Assembly (NCBI RefSeq): GCF_006345805.1
Contig: NC_043019.1
Coordinates: forward strand, 26,721,360 to 26,785,359
Length of the DNA: 64,000 nt
Direction: 5' to 3'
Origin: Octopus sinensis
Taxonomy: Eukaryota
In this document: piece after piece, positions 22,912 through 36,282 of the stretch
Numbering within the stretch: position 1 is the stretch's first letter
How the letters are laid out: each line of letters begins with the position of its first letter
Notes under the pieces: generated by a model
The model's input: the letters and a program-made list of their open reading frames with translations, nothing else
Database searches by the model: none
Told to the model about the DNA's origin: nothing
Program-made: the position numbers and the translations under genes

Positions 22912-23611
22912 GAGGCCGTGGGACATTCTTGTTAATGTCTCATTTATACCTGATTTATATGGCTAATAGGTTAAATGGGACATACCTGTCTTCACGGCCG
23001 AAACAGCTGTCAGCTACGATGTAACTGTATTTTCTATTTCTATTTCCATGTCTAGTTATATTTGCAATATATTATGTATAATGTCATTGCTGTTGTGTAA
23101 TGGTTTAATAAAGTATTGATTGGGTATTATCTGATGGTTGATGATTGATTTAGGTATGTTTCTCCATTTTCTCATTTTGTATATATATATATATGTGATG
23201 GACTCTCCCATCAAAGACAACGCAAGAGCATTCAGCTTTTTGCCGAATGATCTCGCAAATGGTTTGTTTATAGTGATCAAACGTTTGTGCAACACATTAG
23301 CTCACTCCCTCCATCAAATCGAGGTTGTCTGTTCAGGTGCACGGTGTACCACATGTCGGGTGTCAAAGTGATCCCAGAGCAGCATGAGATGAAGTGTTTC
23401 GCTTAAGAACACAATGCACCACCTGCTTTGGGAATTGAAACCATGATCTTGCGATTGGGAGTGCAACACTCTAACCACTAGGTCATATGTATAAAAATTG
23501 ATCAGATAAAGAGAAGTGAAGTGAGAGAATAGTTGTTTATTCCATTAGTTGACAGCTGTTTCGTAATCTGTGTTAGTTACATAAGTGACACTACATCATC
23601 CTTCACACAAA

Positions 23612-23655
<44 letters not shown>

Positions 23656-24274
23656 TGGGTAACCATGTACCTCTTCTATAGTAAGACACTTGTTTCTGTC
23701 TCTCTGTCTCACTGTAACCTTTCATCATCTGATGCAAGACCACCCCTCCAATGCCCCCTCTCCTTGCAAAGGATCTTTGTCTTGCAAGTTACTTGGTGAC
23801 CCTGTAAAAGGGCATCCGGCTGTAAAAACTGGCCAAAACTGACCTCACATGTGCTTGTGCCCTCTAAAAAGCACTCAGACTACTCTGCTGGGTGGTTTGC
23901 ATTAGGAAGGGCATCCAGCCATAAAAACCCTTCGAAAACATAAACAGTAGCCTGGGGTAGTCTTTTACCTGATCAGCTCCTGTTGAACTGTCCGACCCAT
24001 GCCTGTATGGCAGGTAGATGTTAAACGATGACGATGAATGTGTGTGTTTGTAGACCCATAAGTACATACATATATGGGTACAGGACGTCACCAACGGTGC
24101 AAATAACATGAAATACATGAAGAAACGAGTTAAATACGTAAGCAATGAGAAAAAATGGAAAACAGGACAAGTAAACAAAGAGAAAGGACCCTTCATCAGT
24201 TGTCGGCTGTCTTTCTACTCCCCATTTCAAGCATTCAATGACAACATGGGTCTTCAGTTGCTCCCATAAATTCA

Positions 24275-24605
24275 TCATCATCATCATCATCGTTTAACGT
24301 CTGTTTTCCGCGCTAGCACGGGTTGGACAGTTCGACCGGGGTCTGGGAAGCCAGAAGGCTACACCAGGCTCCAGTCTGATCTGGCAGTGATTCTACAGCT
24401 GGATGCCCTTCCTAACGCCAACCACTCCGCGAGTGTAGTGAGTGCTTTTTACGTGCCACCGGCACAGGTGCCAGGGGAGTCTGGCGTCAGCCACAATCGG
24501 TTGGTGCTTTTAACGCGCCACCGGCACGGAAGCCAGCCAAGGCGGCGCTGGCATCGGCCACGTTCGGATGGTGCTTTTTATGTGCCACCGGCGCAGAAGC
24601 CAGTC
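24275..24605 (-). mobile_element. RTE-associated retroposon, family C
   Basis: Same motif set as 7485-7680. Confidence 0.7.
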
Positions 24606-24723
24606 GGAAATAAAATTTAGGATTTATGGAAGGTCAAAGTTGGGGACAAAAACAGGACAGTGGAGACATACAAGGAAACCCAACGAAAACAAAGATGGAG
24701 GGTCATTAGACCAGAACATATAT

Positions 24724-25038
24724 AGGCACAAGAGTGGCTGTGTGGTAGGAAGCTTGCTTCCAAACCATATGGTTCCAGGTTCAGTCCCACTGCATAGAAC
24801 CTTGGGCAAGTGTCTTCTACTACAGCCTCGGGCTGACCACAGCCTTGTGAGTGGATTTGGTAAATGGAAACTGAAAGAAGCCTGTTGTATGTATATATAT
24901 AATATATATACATAAATATGAGAAACCACTGGTGTTAAATTGATGTTATTAAATTAATATCCAATTTTTCACCCTCATTCTGACTATATATATATACAAC
25001 CCATGCTAGCATGGAAAGCGGACGTTAAACGATGATGA

Positions 25039-25081
<43 letters not shown>

Positions 25082-25300
25082 GTATATATTTATGTGTTTG
25101 TGTGACTGTGTTTGTCCCTCCACCATCACTTGATAACCGATCTTGGTGTGTTTACATCCCCATAGTTTAGTGGTTCAGTAAAAGAGACTGATAGAATAGT
25201 ACTAGGCTTACAAAGAATAAGTCCTGGGGTCGATTTGCTTCGACTAAAGGCAGTGCTCCAGCATGGCTGCAGTCAAATGACTGAAACAAGTAAAAGAATA
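24724..25300 (+). mobile_element. SINE family A, interrupted
   Basis: Head 24724-24900 and tail 25090-25300, separated by unrelated sequence and (TA)n. Confidence 0.65.
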
Positions 25301-25854
25301 AAAGAATAAAATAATGTATATATATATATATCTTTAGGTAAGTAACTTGTATGGTAATGTAGTTGTTTAACCCCGGGTTGTCCCTGTTCAGGAAGGAATA
25401 TAAGATGGTATGGTTTGGTATAGTAAGTCATATATAACTAGTTGTGAGGATGGTATGGTGGCTAATAGCATGCTGGACAAAATACTAAGCAGCTTTTCAG
25501 CCACCTGAATGTTCTGAGTTCAAATCCCAATGAGATTAACTTAGCCTTTCATCCTTTAAATAAGGTAAGCGCCAGTTGGGGATCAATATAATTGACCTAC
25601 TCCTTCCCTCAACCTTGCTGGCCTTGTGCCAAACTTTGAAACTAGTATATAACCAGTTGTATACTGAGGGTTATTGCAATCGGCCAACACCTTCCTCGTT
25701 TGCCAATCTCCATCATGCCAAAACAAGATGACCATTAGTAAACCCAATTCACGCCCCAAAATCTATTTTTGCTTAGCAGATGTAATTGATGCCTCTCACT
25801 TGCGATGTCTTCTTCCTCAATAAGGATTTCAAATTTTCATTTTTGCCATGAAGA

Positions 25855-26042
25855 CAGCTTTTGGGGAAGGGGATTAAGTAGATTACATCAACCCCAGTGC
25901 GTAACTGGTACTTATTTAATCGACCCCAAAAGGATGAAAGGCAAAGTTGACCTTGGTGGAATTGGAACTCTGAATGTAGCAACGGGTGAAATACCGTTAG
26001 GCATTTTGCCTGGTGTGCTAACGATTCTGCTAGCTCACTGCC

Positions 26043-26043
<1 letters not shown>
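25855..26043 (-). mobile_element. SINE family B
   Basis: GGATGAAAGGCAAAGTTGACC core; another copy at ~26500-26713. Confidence 0.7.
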
Positions 26044-26092
<49 letters not shown>

Positions 26093-26094
<2 letters not shown>

Positions 26095-26458
26095 GAGCAC
26101 TCAGAGAGCGCAATCCTCTGCCCAGGCAACATCCTCTCAATGATTAGCTGGAGATGATTTTTAAAATGAGAATATCTGAAATAAACTCGACTGCTCTTAC
26201 AAATGAGAATACTAAAAATGAACCTGACCGCTCTCAAAAATTAAGTGAAAAAAACAGAAAAAAATAATCTAGAATCCTTACCCGGTACCTGATTGATCCC
26301 AAAATCTAATCAGTTCATGCCAGACATGAGGCCAAATATCCCTGAAAGTTTCATCTGAATTCATCCAACGATTCTTGAGATATCTTGTCCACAGTCTTGT
26401 CCACAGACAAACAAACAAACATGACTAAAAACAATACCTCCACCTTCACTAAGATGGA

Positions 26459-26464
<6 letters not shown>
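26093..26464 (-). mobile_element. HINE family E
   Basis: Reverse complement of the 9507-9872 type. Confidence 0.6.
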
Positions 26465-26500
<36 letters not shown>

Positions 26501-27284
26501 CCTTTCTACTGGAAGCACAATGCCTCAAATTTGGGGGAAGGGATTAAGTCAATTACATCAACCCCAGTGCATAACTGGTACTTATTTAATCGACCCTGAA
26601 TGGATGAAAGGCAAAGTCAACCTTGGTGGAATTTGAACTTAGAATGTAGTGATGGGCGAAATACTGCTAAGCATTTTGCCTGGCATGCTAACGATTCTGC
26701 CAGCTTGCTGCCTTAATCTTCTTCTTCCTCAATAACCTGGGGTTAAAAAATGAAAAAAACACAAACAATATTTAAAGGAATCCTGGAAAGGAATTAATCA
26801 ATGCTATTCATATGAACATTTCACAAATGGATCGAAACATCTGAGTTTCCAATGACTAAATAATAAATTCAAAACACATCATTGGTAAAAAGGATGTTCT
26901 GAGTTCAAATCCATCTACAATTTAAATTTTTATTGGTTTTTCTTTTTTTACTTTACTTTTATTTTTTTTTGTTGCTCCTGTATTTATTTCTTTATTTTTG
27001 TTGTTTTTGCTGTTTAAAATTTTTTTTTTATTTAAAATTTTTTTTTCTTGTTTCACTATTTTTTGGTTGTTTTTGACTTTTATGGATTAGTAGTGACTTT
27101 TTAAAATAAATGGAAAATAATGTTCATTTTTGTATTCTTCCATTTCATTTAAATTTGGTAAGTTTTCTCCTACTTTTCTTAATTGCAGAGTCTTTGATCA
27201 GATCCTCACTGTGACACCATAAACACTTTGAAATTATATTTCCAGTTATGTACAATAAATACTAGAAATAAACAGAAAATATAA

Positions 27285-28220
27285 AATAGATTCCATCAAA
27301 TTCCTCGGAGTGGGAGGTACCTAGAAGTAGTTGATGGCTTCCATTATCTAGGTCAGTGCTTTTCAAACTTTTTGCTGGAGCGGAACCCCAAGGAAACATT
27401 CCACTGGCTCGAGGAACCCCTGTGCAATAATTTAATAGTCTTATGCACACGTATCTGCACAGGAGAATTAAAAATTACTGCCGATTTTAGCAGTTTTGTA
27501 ACTTCTTGCGGAACCCCTGGACTGTACTGGCAGAACCCTAAGGTTCCGAGGAACCCTGGTTGAAAACCACTGAGATCTAGGTGACCAAGTCAGCAGCAAA
27601 AGTGGATGCTCTGAGAGTGAAGCTGCTAGAATAAGAATAGGCCGGACAAAGTTCAGAGAGCTTTTACCTCTGTTGGTAACAAAGGGCCTCTCCCTCAGAG
27701 TGAACTGTAGACTGTGAGCAAAATAACCATGCTCCATGGCAGTGATAGGCTGTGACCACAAGGGACACATGAAGGCTTGAAAGAAATGAAGCTAGTATGC
27801 TTCACTGAATGTGCTATGTCAGTGTGCATGTGTGACAGCGTGTCTCTAAAACTGGTATGGTCATGTGATGCATATGAATGAGAGCAGCTGAGTAAAGAAG
27901 TGCTGATCTCTAACTGTGGAGGGAACCTGTGGAGGGAACCCAGGAAGACATAGGATGAAGTGGTGAAACATGATCTTTGAATGTTGGGTCTTATGGAGGC
28001 AATGACTCGTGACAGAGACGTTTGGTGATATGCCATGCTTGAGAAGACTCGTCAAACCAAGTGACTAAGACCTTTGGCTGTTGCCAGTGTCATGTAAAAT
28101 GGCACCTGTAACACCCATGGCCATTGCCAGCATCATGCAAATGGTACCAGTGCCAGTGACATGTAGAAGGCACCCATTACACTCTTGGAGTGGTTGATGT
28201 TAGGAAGGGCATTCAGCCAT
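27285..28220 (+). mobile_element. Degenerate RTE LINE 3' fragment
   Basis: Pseudo-translation LEVVDGFHYLG|DQVSS...RIRIG.TKFRELLPLL...NWYGHVMHM...DEVVKHDL.MLGLMEAMTRDRDVW, with stops and frameshifts. Confidence 0.75.
27354..27572. mobile_element. hAT-type MITE nested in the RTE fragment
   Basis: TIRs CAGTGCTTTTCAAAC / GTTGAAAACCACTG; ATCTAGGT duplicated at 27346-27353 and 27575-27582 (2-nt offset). Confidence 0.7.
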
Positions 28221-28224
28221 AGAA

Positions 28225-28226
28225 AC

Positions 28227-28260
<34 letters not shown>

Positions 28261-28720
28261 GTTTAGCATTCGCTTTCCATGCTAGCATGGGTTGGACGGT
28301 TCAACTGGGGTCTGGGAAGCCAGAAGGCTGCACCAGGCCCAGTCTGATCTGGCAATGTTTCTACGGCTGGATGCCCTTCCTAACGCCCGTCAGATATATA
28401 TATATATATATCATCATCATCATCATTTAATGTCCGCTTTCCATGCTAGCATGGGTTGGACAGTTCAACTGGGGTCTGGGAAGCCCGAAGGCTGCACCAG
28501 GCCAGTCATATCTGGCTGTGTTTCTACAGTTGGATGCCCTTCCTAATGCCAACCACTCCGTGAGTGTAGTGGGTGCTTTTTATGTGCCACCGACACAGGT
28601 GCCAGATGAGGCTGGCGAACGGCCATGCTCGGATGGTGCTTTTTATGTGTCCACCGGCACGGAGGCCTGGCGAGGCTGGCACAGCCACGATCGGATGGTA
28701 TTTGTTATGTGCCATGTTTG
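28225..28720 (-). mobile_element. Two tandem family C copies
   Basis: Repeated (CAT)n-GTTTA...GATGCCCTTCCTAA blocks. Confidence 0.7.
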
Positions 28721-29739
28721 TGTGTCTGTGTTTGTCACACAACCCCAACCATCATTTGACAACTGACGTTGGTGTGTTTACGTTCCTGTAACTTAGCTGT
28801 TCAGCAAAAGAGACCAATAGCATAAACACTAGGTTTACAAAGAATAAGTCCTGGGTTCGATTTGTTCAACTAAAAGGCAGTGCTCCAGTGTGGCTGCAGT
28901 CAAATGACTGAAACAAATAAAATAATAAAAGTATACACACACACATGCATGCTTATTTATATAATATTACAAAATATCTCTCATTTATAGTTATTATACA
29001 TAAAAGTCTCATAGCAGCCAATTCATGTTATGAAATGGTTTCATGCTGAAGAACATTTGAATTGTGTAGAGGTAAACCAGCAATCATTGGATATGGCCAA
29101 ATGGAAAAGCCTTGCGAAGATTCCTTGTCATTGGTTGCTTGAATCTGCCACATCCTGTTTATGGGTCCCAGAGGTGTGAGAAAAAAAAGTTTAAAAGTAT
29201 AAAACTTGAAACGAAGCACATGAATAAACAACATAGTAAAAGAAAAAAATACAATGCTGGAGAGTTTGTCGATCAGAGTTATGTCCATGATATTGCTCAT
29301 TGCCATTATTACACAGTCACTCATTCATATATATATATCTATATATACTTGTACTATGACTCGGCAATGCCAGGTCATGGTGCTAGTGCATGCATATACA
29401 GCTGCGTGCGTGTGCACATACGTGCGAGTACTGCCCAAATCTCCAACCAATCACATACAGCTAGCTGGCATTCAATTGGCATATCAAGTTTCGGGCATTT
29501 TGATTGGGTTTTGGATAGAAAATTCACAAAAAAGTCACTTCTATTGATTTTTTAATGGCTTTGCAGAGTGACTGAGGAAATCTAAAGATGTGCACGACCA
29601 CCCTTGGACGGTTTTGAATGACCATAGAAAGTGCGAGCCCTCTAACTGAAAAATTGTGGATTTGTATAAAGGACATGCACACACACACACAAACACAAAC
29701 AGACATTTTGACGTTTATATTTTCTTTCTTTTTTTCTTT

Positions 29740-30131
29740 TTTTTTCTTTTACTTGTTCCAGTCATTTTTGACTGCGGCCATGCTGGAGCACCGCCTTTAA
29801 TCGAGCAACTCGACCCCAGGACTTATTCTTTTGTAAGCCCAGTACTTATTCTATCGATCTCACTAAGTAACGGGGACATAAACACACCAGCATCGGTTGT
29901 CAAGTAATGCTAGGGGGACAAACACAGACACACAAACACACACACGCATACATATATATACATATATACGACGGGCTTCTTTCAGTTTCCGTCTACCAAA
30001 TCCACTCACAAGGCATTGGTCGGCCCGAGGCTATAGTAGAAGACACTTGCCCAAGGTGCCACGCAAGGGGACTGAACCCAGAACTATGTGGTTGGTAAAC
30101 AAGCTACTTACCACACAGCCACTCCTGCGCC
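29740..30131 (-). mobile_element. SINE family A, full length
   Basis: Complete copy. Confidence 0.85.
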
Positions 30132-30864
30132 TATATATATAGAGATGTACATATATATCATATGGATTGTTCCATTATTGGTATGCAGGTGGTACATAGC
30201 ATGCTATACAAGCCTGTACAGAGTATGAAAGTTATAGTAGGTCACATTAAAATTTTTTTTTGTTGTCCTATTATAAATTTGAGTGATGTTTCTATGTTTG
30301 TTATGTTTTTATGTTTGTTAACTCCACCTAGACCGTTGGTGCAAGGACAACAAAACTCAAACCAGCAACTCCCCTAATCCCAGGGAATGTCTTAAGGTAG
30401 TCTATTTTTTTAAGGATCACTTAATTGGGGCTCCACTGACCCCACTATTTTTACTGGATTTTAAACTAATTATGTGGCATTGGCGACTAAATCAGAGCAA
30501 TGGCAATGAATTTCATACCATGAATTCCCAGGGAGTATTGTAAGGAATTTCAGTTTCTGAAGGGCCACTTAAATGGGGCCCCAATGACCCCGCCCTATTT
30601 TTACTGCATTTACCTCACTCCTACGCTAATTGATTAAACTATGATCAGTATTAGTTCTTAGCACATTTTCAGAAATAAGTTTGGGCATTCTAAATACCTT
30701 CACATACATTCAAATCAAGATAAAGAGTTTTAACAGGTACGTTTCAGGTGTGGTAGTGTGTATATTTATATTTTGTAGTATGTATGCATCCCTACCACCT
30801 GTGAGCAACTCTCTTGATCCGACCATCTCCATTGTCTTAAAGTAGGCTGCCACATGGATTCTTA

Positions 30865-31462
30865 TTTCTTTATTGCCTACAAGGGGCTGAACATAGAGGG
30901 GACAAACAAGGACAGACAAAGGGATTAAGCTGAAATAGATCAACCCCCAGTGTGTAACTGGTACTTAATTTATCGACCCCGAAAGGATGAAAGGCAAAGT
31001 CAACCTTGGCGGAATTTAAACACAGAACGTAGCGGCAGACAAAATACTTCTTTCTTTACTACCCACAAGGGGCTACACACAGAGAGGAGAAACAAGGACA
31101 GACAAAAGGATTAAGTTGATTACATCGACCCCAGTGTGTAACTGGTACTTAATTTATCGACCCCGAAAGGATGAAAGGCAAAGTCAACTTTGGCGGAATT
31201 TGAACACAGAACGTAACGGCAGACAAAATACTTCTTTCTTTACTACCCACAAGGGGCTACACACAGAGAGGAGAAACAAGGACAGACAAAAGGATTAAGT
31301 TGATTACATCGACCCCAGTGTGTAACTGGTACTTAATTTATCGACCCTGAAAGGATGAAAGGCAAAGTCAACCTCGGCAGAATTTGAACACAGAACGTAA
31401 TGGCAGACAAAATACCGCTAAGCATTTTGCCCAGCGTGCTTATGATTCTGCCAGCGCACCGT
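30865..31462 (-). mobile_element. Three tandem SINE B units (184-bp period)
   Basis: CACAGAACGT recurs at 31021 and 31205; only the last unit keeps the SINE head. Confidence 0.8.
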
Positions 31463-31747
31463 CTTAATGGATTCTAAAACCTGGTGGGAAAGAGTATGGT
31501 GGTATGACAGCCCTCATTGCTCACAACACCCAAAACCATCACAAAGGATGGGAACTTGGTGTGTATGATGGTGGAATCTTTGGTGAGGCTGGCACTCGGC
31601 TATCCATTACTCCTTCTGTTCATTTTTTGATCTTAGACAAAGTTCTTCTCATCTGTAGGAATTGATTCTTCAAATGAGAAGGTTCTCGCCAGAATGAGAA
31701 ACTTTAAGTTCTTGTACCATAACCAATCTAACCCCTGCCAAATAGTG

Positions 31748-32400
31748 AAGGCGTGTGGCTCAGTGGTTAGAGCATCACACCGACAATATTGAGGTAGTGA
31801 GTTCAACTCCCAGACCAGGGTGTGTGTTGTGTTCTTGAACAAGACACTTTATTTCATGTTACTCCAGTTCACACAGTTATAGAAATGAGTTGCAATGTCA
31901 CTGGTGCCAAGCTGTATTGGCCCCTTTGCCTTTCCCTTGGATAACATCGGTGGCATGGAGAGGGGATGCTGGTATGCATAGGTGACTACTGGTCTTCCAT
32001 AAACAACCTTGCTTGGACTTGTACCTTGGAGGGGAACATTCCAGGTTCAATCCCATCATCATTCATGACGGAAGGGGGTCTTTATGTATGTTTGTATGTA
32101 TGAAGGCATATGGTTCAGTGCTTAGAGTGTCAGGCTCACAATCATATGGTAGTGAGTTTGATTCCCAGACTAGGGTGTGTGTCGTGTTCTTGAGCAAGAC
32201 ACTTTATTTCATGTTGCTCCTGTTCACTCAGCTGTAGAAATGAGTTGCGACATCACTGGTGCCAAGCTGTATCAGCCTTTGCCTTTCTCTTGGATAACAT
32301 TGGTGGCATGGAGAGGGGAAACTGGTCTTCCATAAACAACCTTGCCTGGAGTTGTGCCTCGGAGGGTAACTTTCCAGATGCTGTCCAATGGTCATTCACA
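31748..32400 (+). mobile_element. Two adjacent SINE family F copies
   Basis: GGCTCAGTGGTTAGAG A-box, GAGTTCAACTCCC B-box, TTGAGCAAGACACTT core. Confidence 0.7.
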
Positions 32401-32424
32401 ATCAAAGGGGGTCTTTACCCTTTA

Positions 32425-32962
32425 TCCAAAATTGACCATCGTAACTCTGGTGGACAATTACTCTGGAACTATAGTAACAATACATTGCCGATCCATTTTC
32501 TGGTTCTTTGGTGTCAAATGGAGGTGCCACATGGAGTCATTCAGTTCAAGGTTGTCTATCAACATTTCAAATTATTACGTTGACCCCCCCTGCCCCCTCT
32601 TAAGGTACACGCAATGACCTGAGTATGACTCACCTGTATACCCCTCCCCCTTTAAGGTACACTCAATGACCTGAGTATGACTCACCTGTATACCCCTCCC
32701 CCTCTTAAGGTACACTCAATGACCTGAGTATGACTCATTGCCTCATTACCTGGAGAATGGCAGTTTTATGGCGTTTAGGTAATAATCTTTAGATGTGTAT
32801 TAATTCGTTCTTGTAATTCCAGAAACTGTAAAATTTCATATATATATATATATATACATATATACATACAAGCATACGTACATACATACATATATACATA
32901 CATATATATATACAAACACACACACATATGTACATATATGTATGCACAATCATATATGCATC

Positions 32963-33028
<66 letters not shown>

Positions 33029-33058
33029 CATACATATATACATACATACATACATACA

Positions 33059-33095
<37 letters not shown>

Positions 33096-33152
33096 ATATA
33101 TATATATATATATACACACACATATGTACGTATATACATACACAATCATATA

Positions 33153-33246
<94 letters not shown>

Positions 33247-34087
33247 TATTTTTGTTCATTGTTTCAGTTATTAGTCATTTGATTGTGGCCATACTTTGAA
33301 AAACTTTTTTAGCCAAATGAATCTAGCCGAGTTACTTTTCCTGGTTTTTAAGCCCAGTACTTATTCTATTGGTCTCTTTTACCAAACTGCCAAGTTAGAG
33401 GGATGTAAACACACCAACACTGGTTATCAAGAATATCATCATCATCATCATCATCATTTAACATTCGTTTTCCATGCTGGCATGGATTCGATGGTGACTG
33501 GAGCCTGGTAAGGCCAGGGACCTCACCTGGCTCCGTTGTCTGTCCTAGCTTTAGTTTCTACAGCTGGATGCCCTTCCTAATGCCAACCACCCCCACAAGG
33601 TGTATCAGGTACATTTTTACGTGGCACCAGCACCAGTGTTTTCAACCTGACACCAGTACAAGTGCTTTTTGTGTGGCACCAGCTCCTCTATCAATTCTGC
33701 TGTGGCGGGTGAGTCTTCTTGAATACAGCAAGGGACCCAGATACCTTCGTCCTTTGTCATCTCCCTTGTAAGGCTCAGTTTCTTGATATTGGCCTTCAGT
33801 ACTTCATCGCATTTCTTCCTGGGTTTCCTTCTTCTACAAATTTCATCCACTTTAAGTGATCGGCACTTCTGTATGCAACTGTCTACATCCATCCGCATCA
33901 CATGACCAAACCAGTACAGCCTCTTCTCTTGCACACTGCATCTAATTGCTCTTATGCCCTCTCAATACACTAGCGTTCTGTTCCACCTGTACACTGACAT
34001 TGCACACCCAATGTTTCGTTCCCCTCTAGCCTTTCCATGTCTTCTGCATACAGGCCTCACATCTCACAGCGATGGTGATGATGATGG

Positions 34088-34120
<33 letters not shown>

Positions 34121-34253
34121 GTAGCATAAGGTAGTTTTTCTACCTGGCCGGCTCCTGTGAACCATCCTACCCATGCGTGCATGGAAGATGGAAGTTAAAC
34201 GATGACGACAACAACGACGATGATGACGATGACGATTCTGATGATGATGGTGA

Positions 34254-34286
<33 letters not shown>

Positions 34287-34600
34287 AATTTTACAGTTTC
34301 CGGAATTACAAAAATGAATTAACGCACATCTAAAGATTATTACCTAAACGCCATACAACTGTCCTCCAGGTAATTGAGGCAATGAATAAATATATACAGG
34401 TGAGTCATACTCAGGTCATTGAGTGTACCTTAAGAGAGGGAGGGAGTCAACGTAATAATTTGGAATGTTGGTAGACTGCATTGAATGGAATGACACCAAA
34501 GAACCAGAAAATGGAAAATGGACAGTGTAACATTGGTAGTTCCAGAGTAAACTATTACCAAAATTATCATTATGAGTGTTACCATGGTCAATTTTGGGGA
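32425..34600. mobile_element. Long inverted repeat (arms ~32425-32839 and ~34283-34600); possible TIR/fold-back element with nested insertions
   Basis: Arms are degenerate reverse complements; the left arm has a 52-53 bp internal tandem repeat. Confidence 0.55.
33435..34065 (-). mobile_element. RTE LINE 3' fragment continuous with a family C 3' end
   Basis: ORF 33617-33934: QEKRLYWFGHVMRMD...RRRKPRKKCDEVLKANIKKL; continues into GGAAGGGCATCCAGC and a (GAT)n tail. Confidence 0.75.
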
Positions 34601-34624
34601 ATGTATATATATATATATATATAT

Positions 34625-34865
34625 TGTGCCATCCGATCGTGGCTGTTTGCCAGCCTCGTCTGGCACCTGTGCCGGTGGCACATAAAAAGCACCCACTACA
34701 CTCATGGAGTGGTTGGCGTTAGGAAGGGCATCCAGCTGTAGAAACACTGCCAGATCAGACTAGGCCTGGTGCAGCCTTCTGGCTTCCCAGACCCCAGTTG
34801 AACCGTCCAACCCATGCTAGCATGGAAAGCGGACGTTAAACGATGATGATGATGATGATGATGAT
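34625..34865 (+). mobile_element. Family C retroposon
   Basis: GGCGTTAGGAAGGGCATCCAGCTGTAG...GGACGTTAAACGATGAT; further copies at ~35400-35770, ~40330-40600 and ~61545-62110. Confidence 0.7.
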
Positions 34866-35738
34866 GATATATAAGCATAATACATAGGGTAATAATAAAT
34901 TATTATTACCAGTGGCCTAGAACAAAAAACGAATTAGTCCTTAGACTATATATTATTCATATAGAAATACAATAAGAGGCTTCCAAATAGGAAAGCATTG
35001 TGCTAGAAAGAGCAGTAGAAATCTCAAAATCCACAAAAAAAGGATAAATTCTTGAAAGGAATGAAAATTAAAAACGTTTACCATCTCAACTATTTCCCAG
35101 ACCATGGTTTCTAACTATTTCTAGCAAAAAAACTGACTGAGGCTATGGACATTATTCCAACCATCCCAGTCTTGGCCTACCCCTACATCACCTGCCATTT
35201 GGGCTCAGTTTAAAGAATGAATCCATCTTGCAATTTTTTCCTGCAACATTTTAATAACATGTCTGTAGTATTAAGGCTGTAATTTCTCAATGTGGAGAAG
35301 TCCCAGTTCTTGGGGTGGGGGGGTTCATGATAGTGAAGTCCTCAGGCCCTTCCTCCATAGGGCCCCATCAGGTGAATTCCCAATTCAAAAAATCAAAAAA
35401 ATCAAAAATCAAAATCGATCAACATGAATGGAAATTGTAGCTGTGATACCAGTGCTGGTGGCACATAAGAGAACCATCCGAATGTGGCCGTTGCCAGTGC
35501 CGCCCTGACTGGCTTCCGTGCCAGTGGCATGTAAAAAGCACCATCCGACCGTGGCCGTTTGCCAGCCTCGTCTGGCACCTAAAAAGCACCCACTACACTC
35601 ATGGAGTGGTTGGCGTTAGGAAGGGCATCCAGCCGTAGAAACATTGCCAGATCAGACTGGGCCTGGTGCAGCCTTCTGGCTTCCCAGACCCCAGTTGCAC
35701 CGTCCAACCCATGCCAGCATGGAAAGCAGACGCTAAAC

Positions 35739-35770
<32 letters not shown>

Positions 35771-35895
35771 CCAGCTGAGACCATAGACATTATCCAGCCA
35801 TCTCATTCTTGCTTTTCTCCTCAGTTGGTTGGCTCAGCCTGAAGAATCCATCATGCAATTCTTTTCTGTGACATTTTAATTGCATGTCTCTAGTA

Positions 35896-36228
35896 CCAGC
35901 CTTCATCAGGTATCTTGGGGAAATTTCAAACCTGGGTTCTCATTCCTGAGGTATTTTTCAATGTTATTATTGTTATCATTATTATTATTATCATTCAGGT
36001 CACTGCTTGGAATTGAACTCGGAATCTTAGGGTTAGTAGCCTGCGCTCTTAACCACTGTGCCATGTGCCAAGGTTCGAAATTTCCCCAAGACACCTGATG
36101 ATATTTGTCCACATCTTGTTTGTTGTTAACAAAACATTTCGGCTGATATACCCTCCAGCCTTCATCAGGTGTCTTGGGGAAATTTCGAACCTAGGTTCTC
36201 ATTCCTAAGGTATTTTTCTATATTATTA

Positions 36229-36282
<54 letters not shown>

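Noticed and set aside
29040-29300. Unique-looking open frames in intron 6 (HWIWPNGKALRRF...)
   Set aside because: No convincing splice-site pair and no recognisable family; left unassigned.
31470-31670. Open frame ILKPGGKEYGGMTALIAHN...GWELGVYDGGIFGEAG
   Set aside because: Flanked by SINEs, with no acceptor/donor pair or homology recognised; probably a decayed TE, but a BLASTx would be worthwhile.
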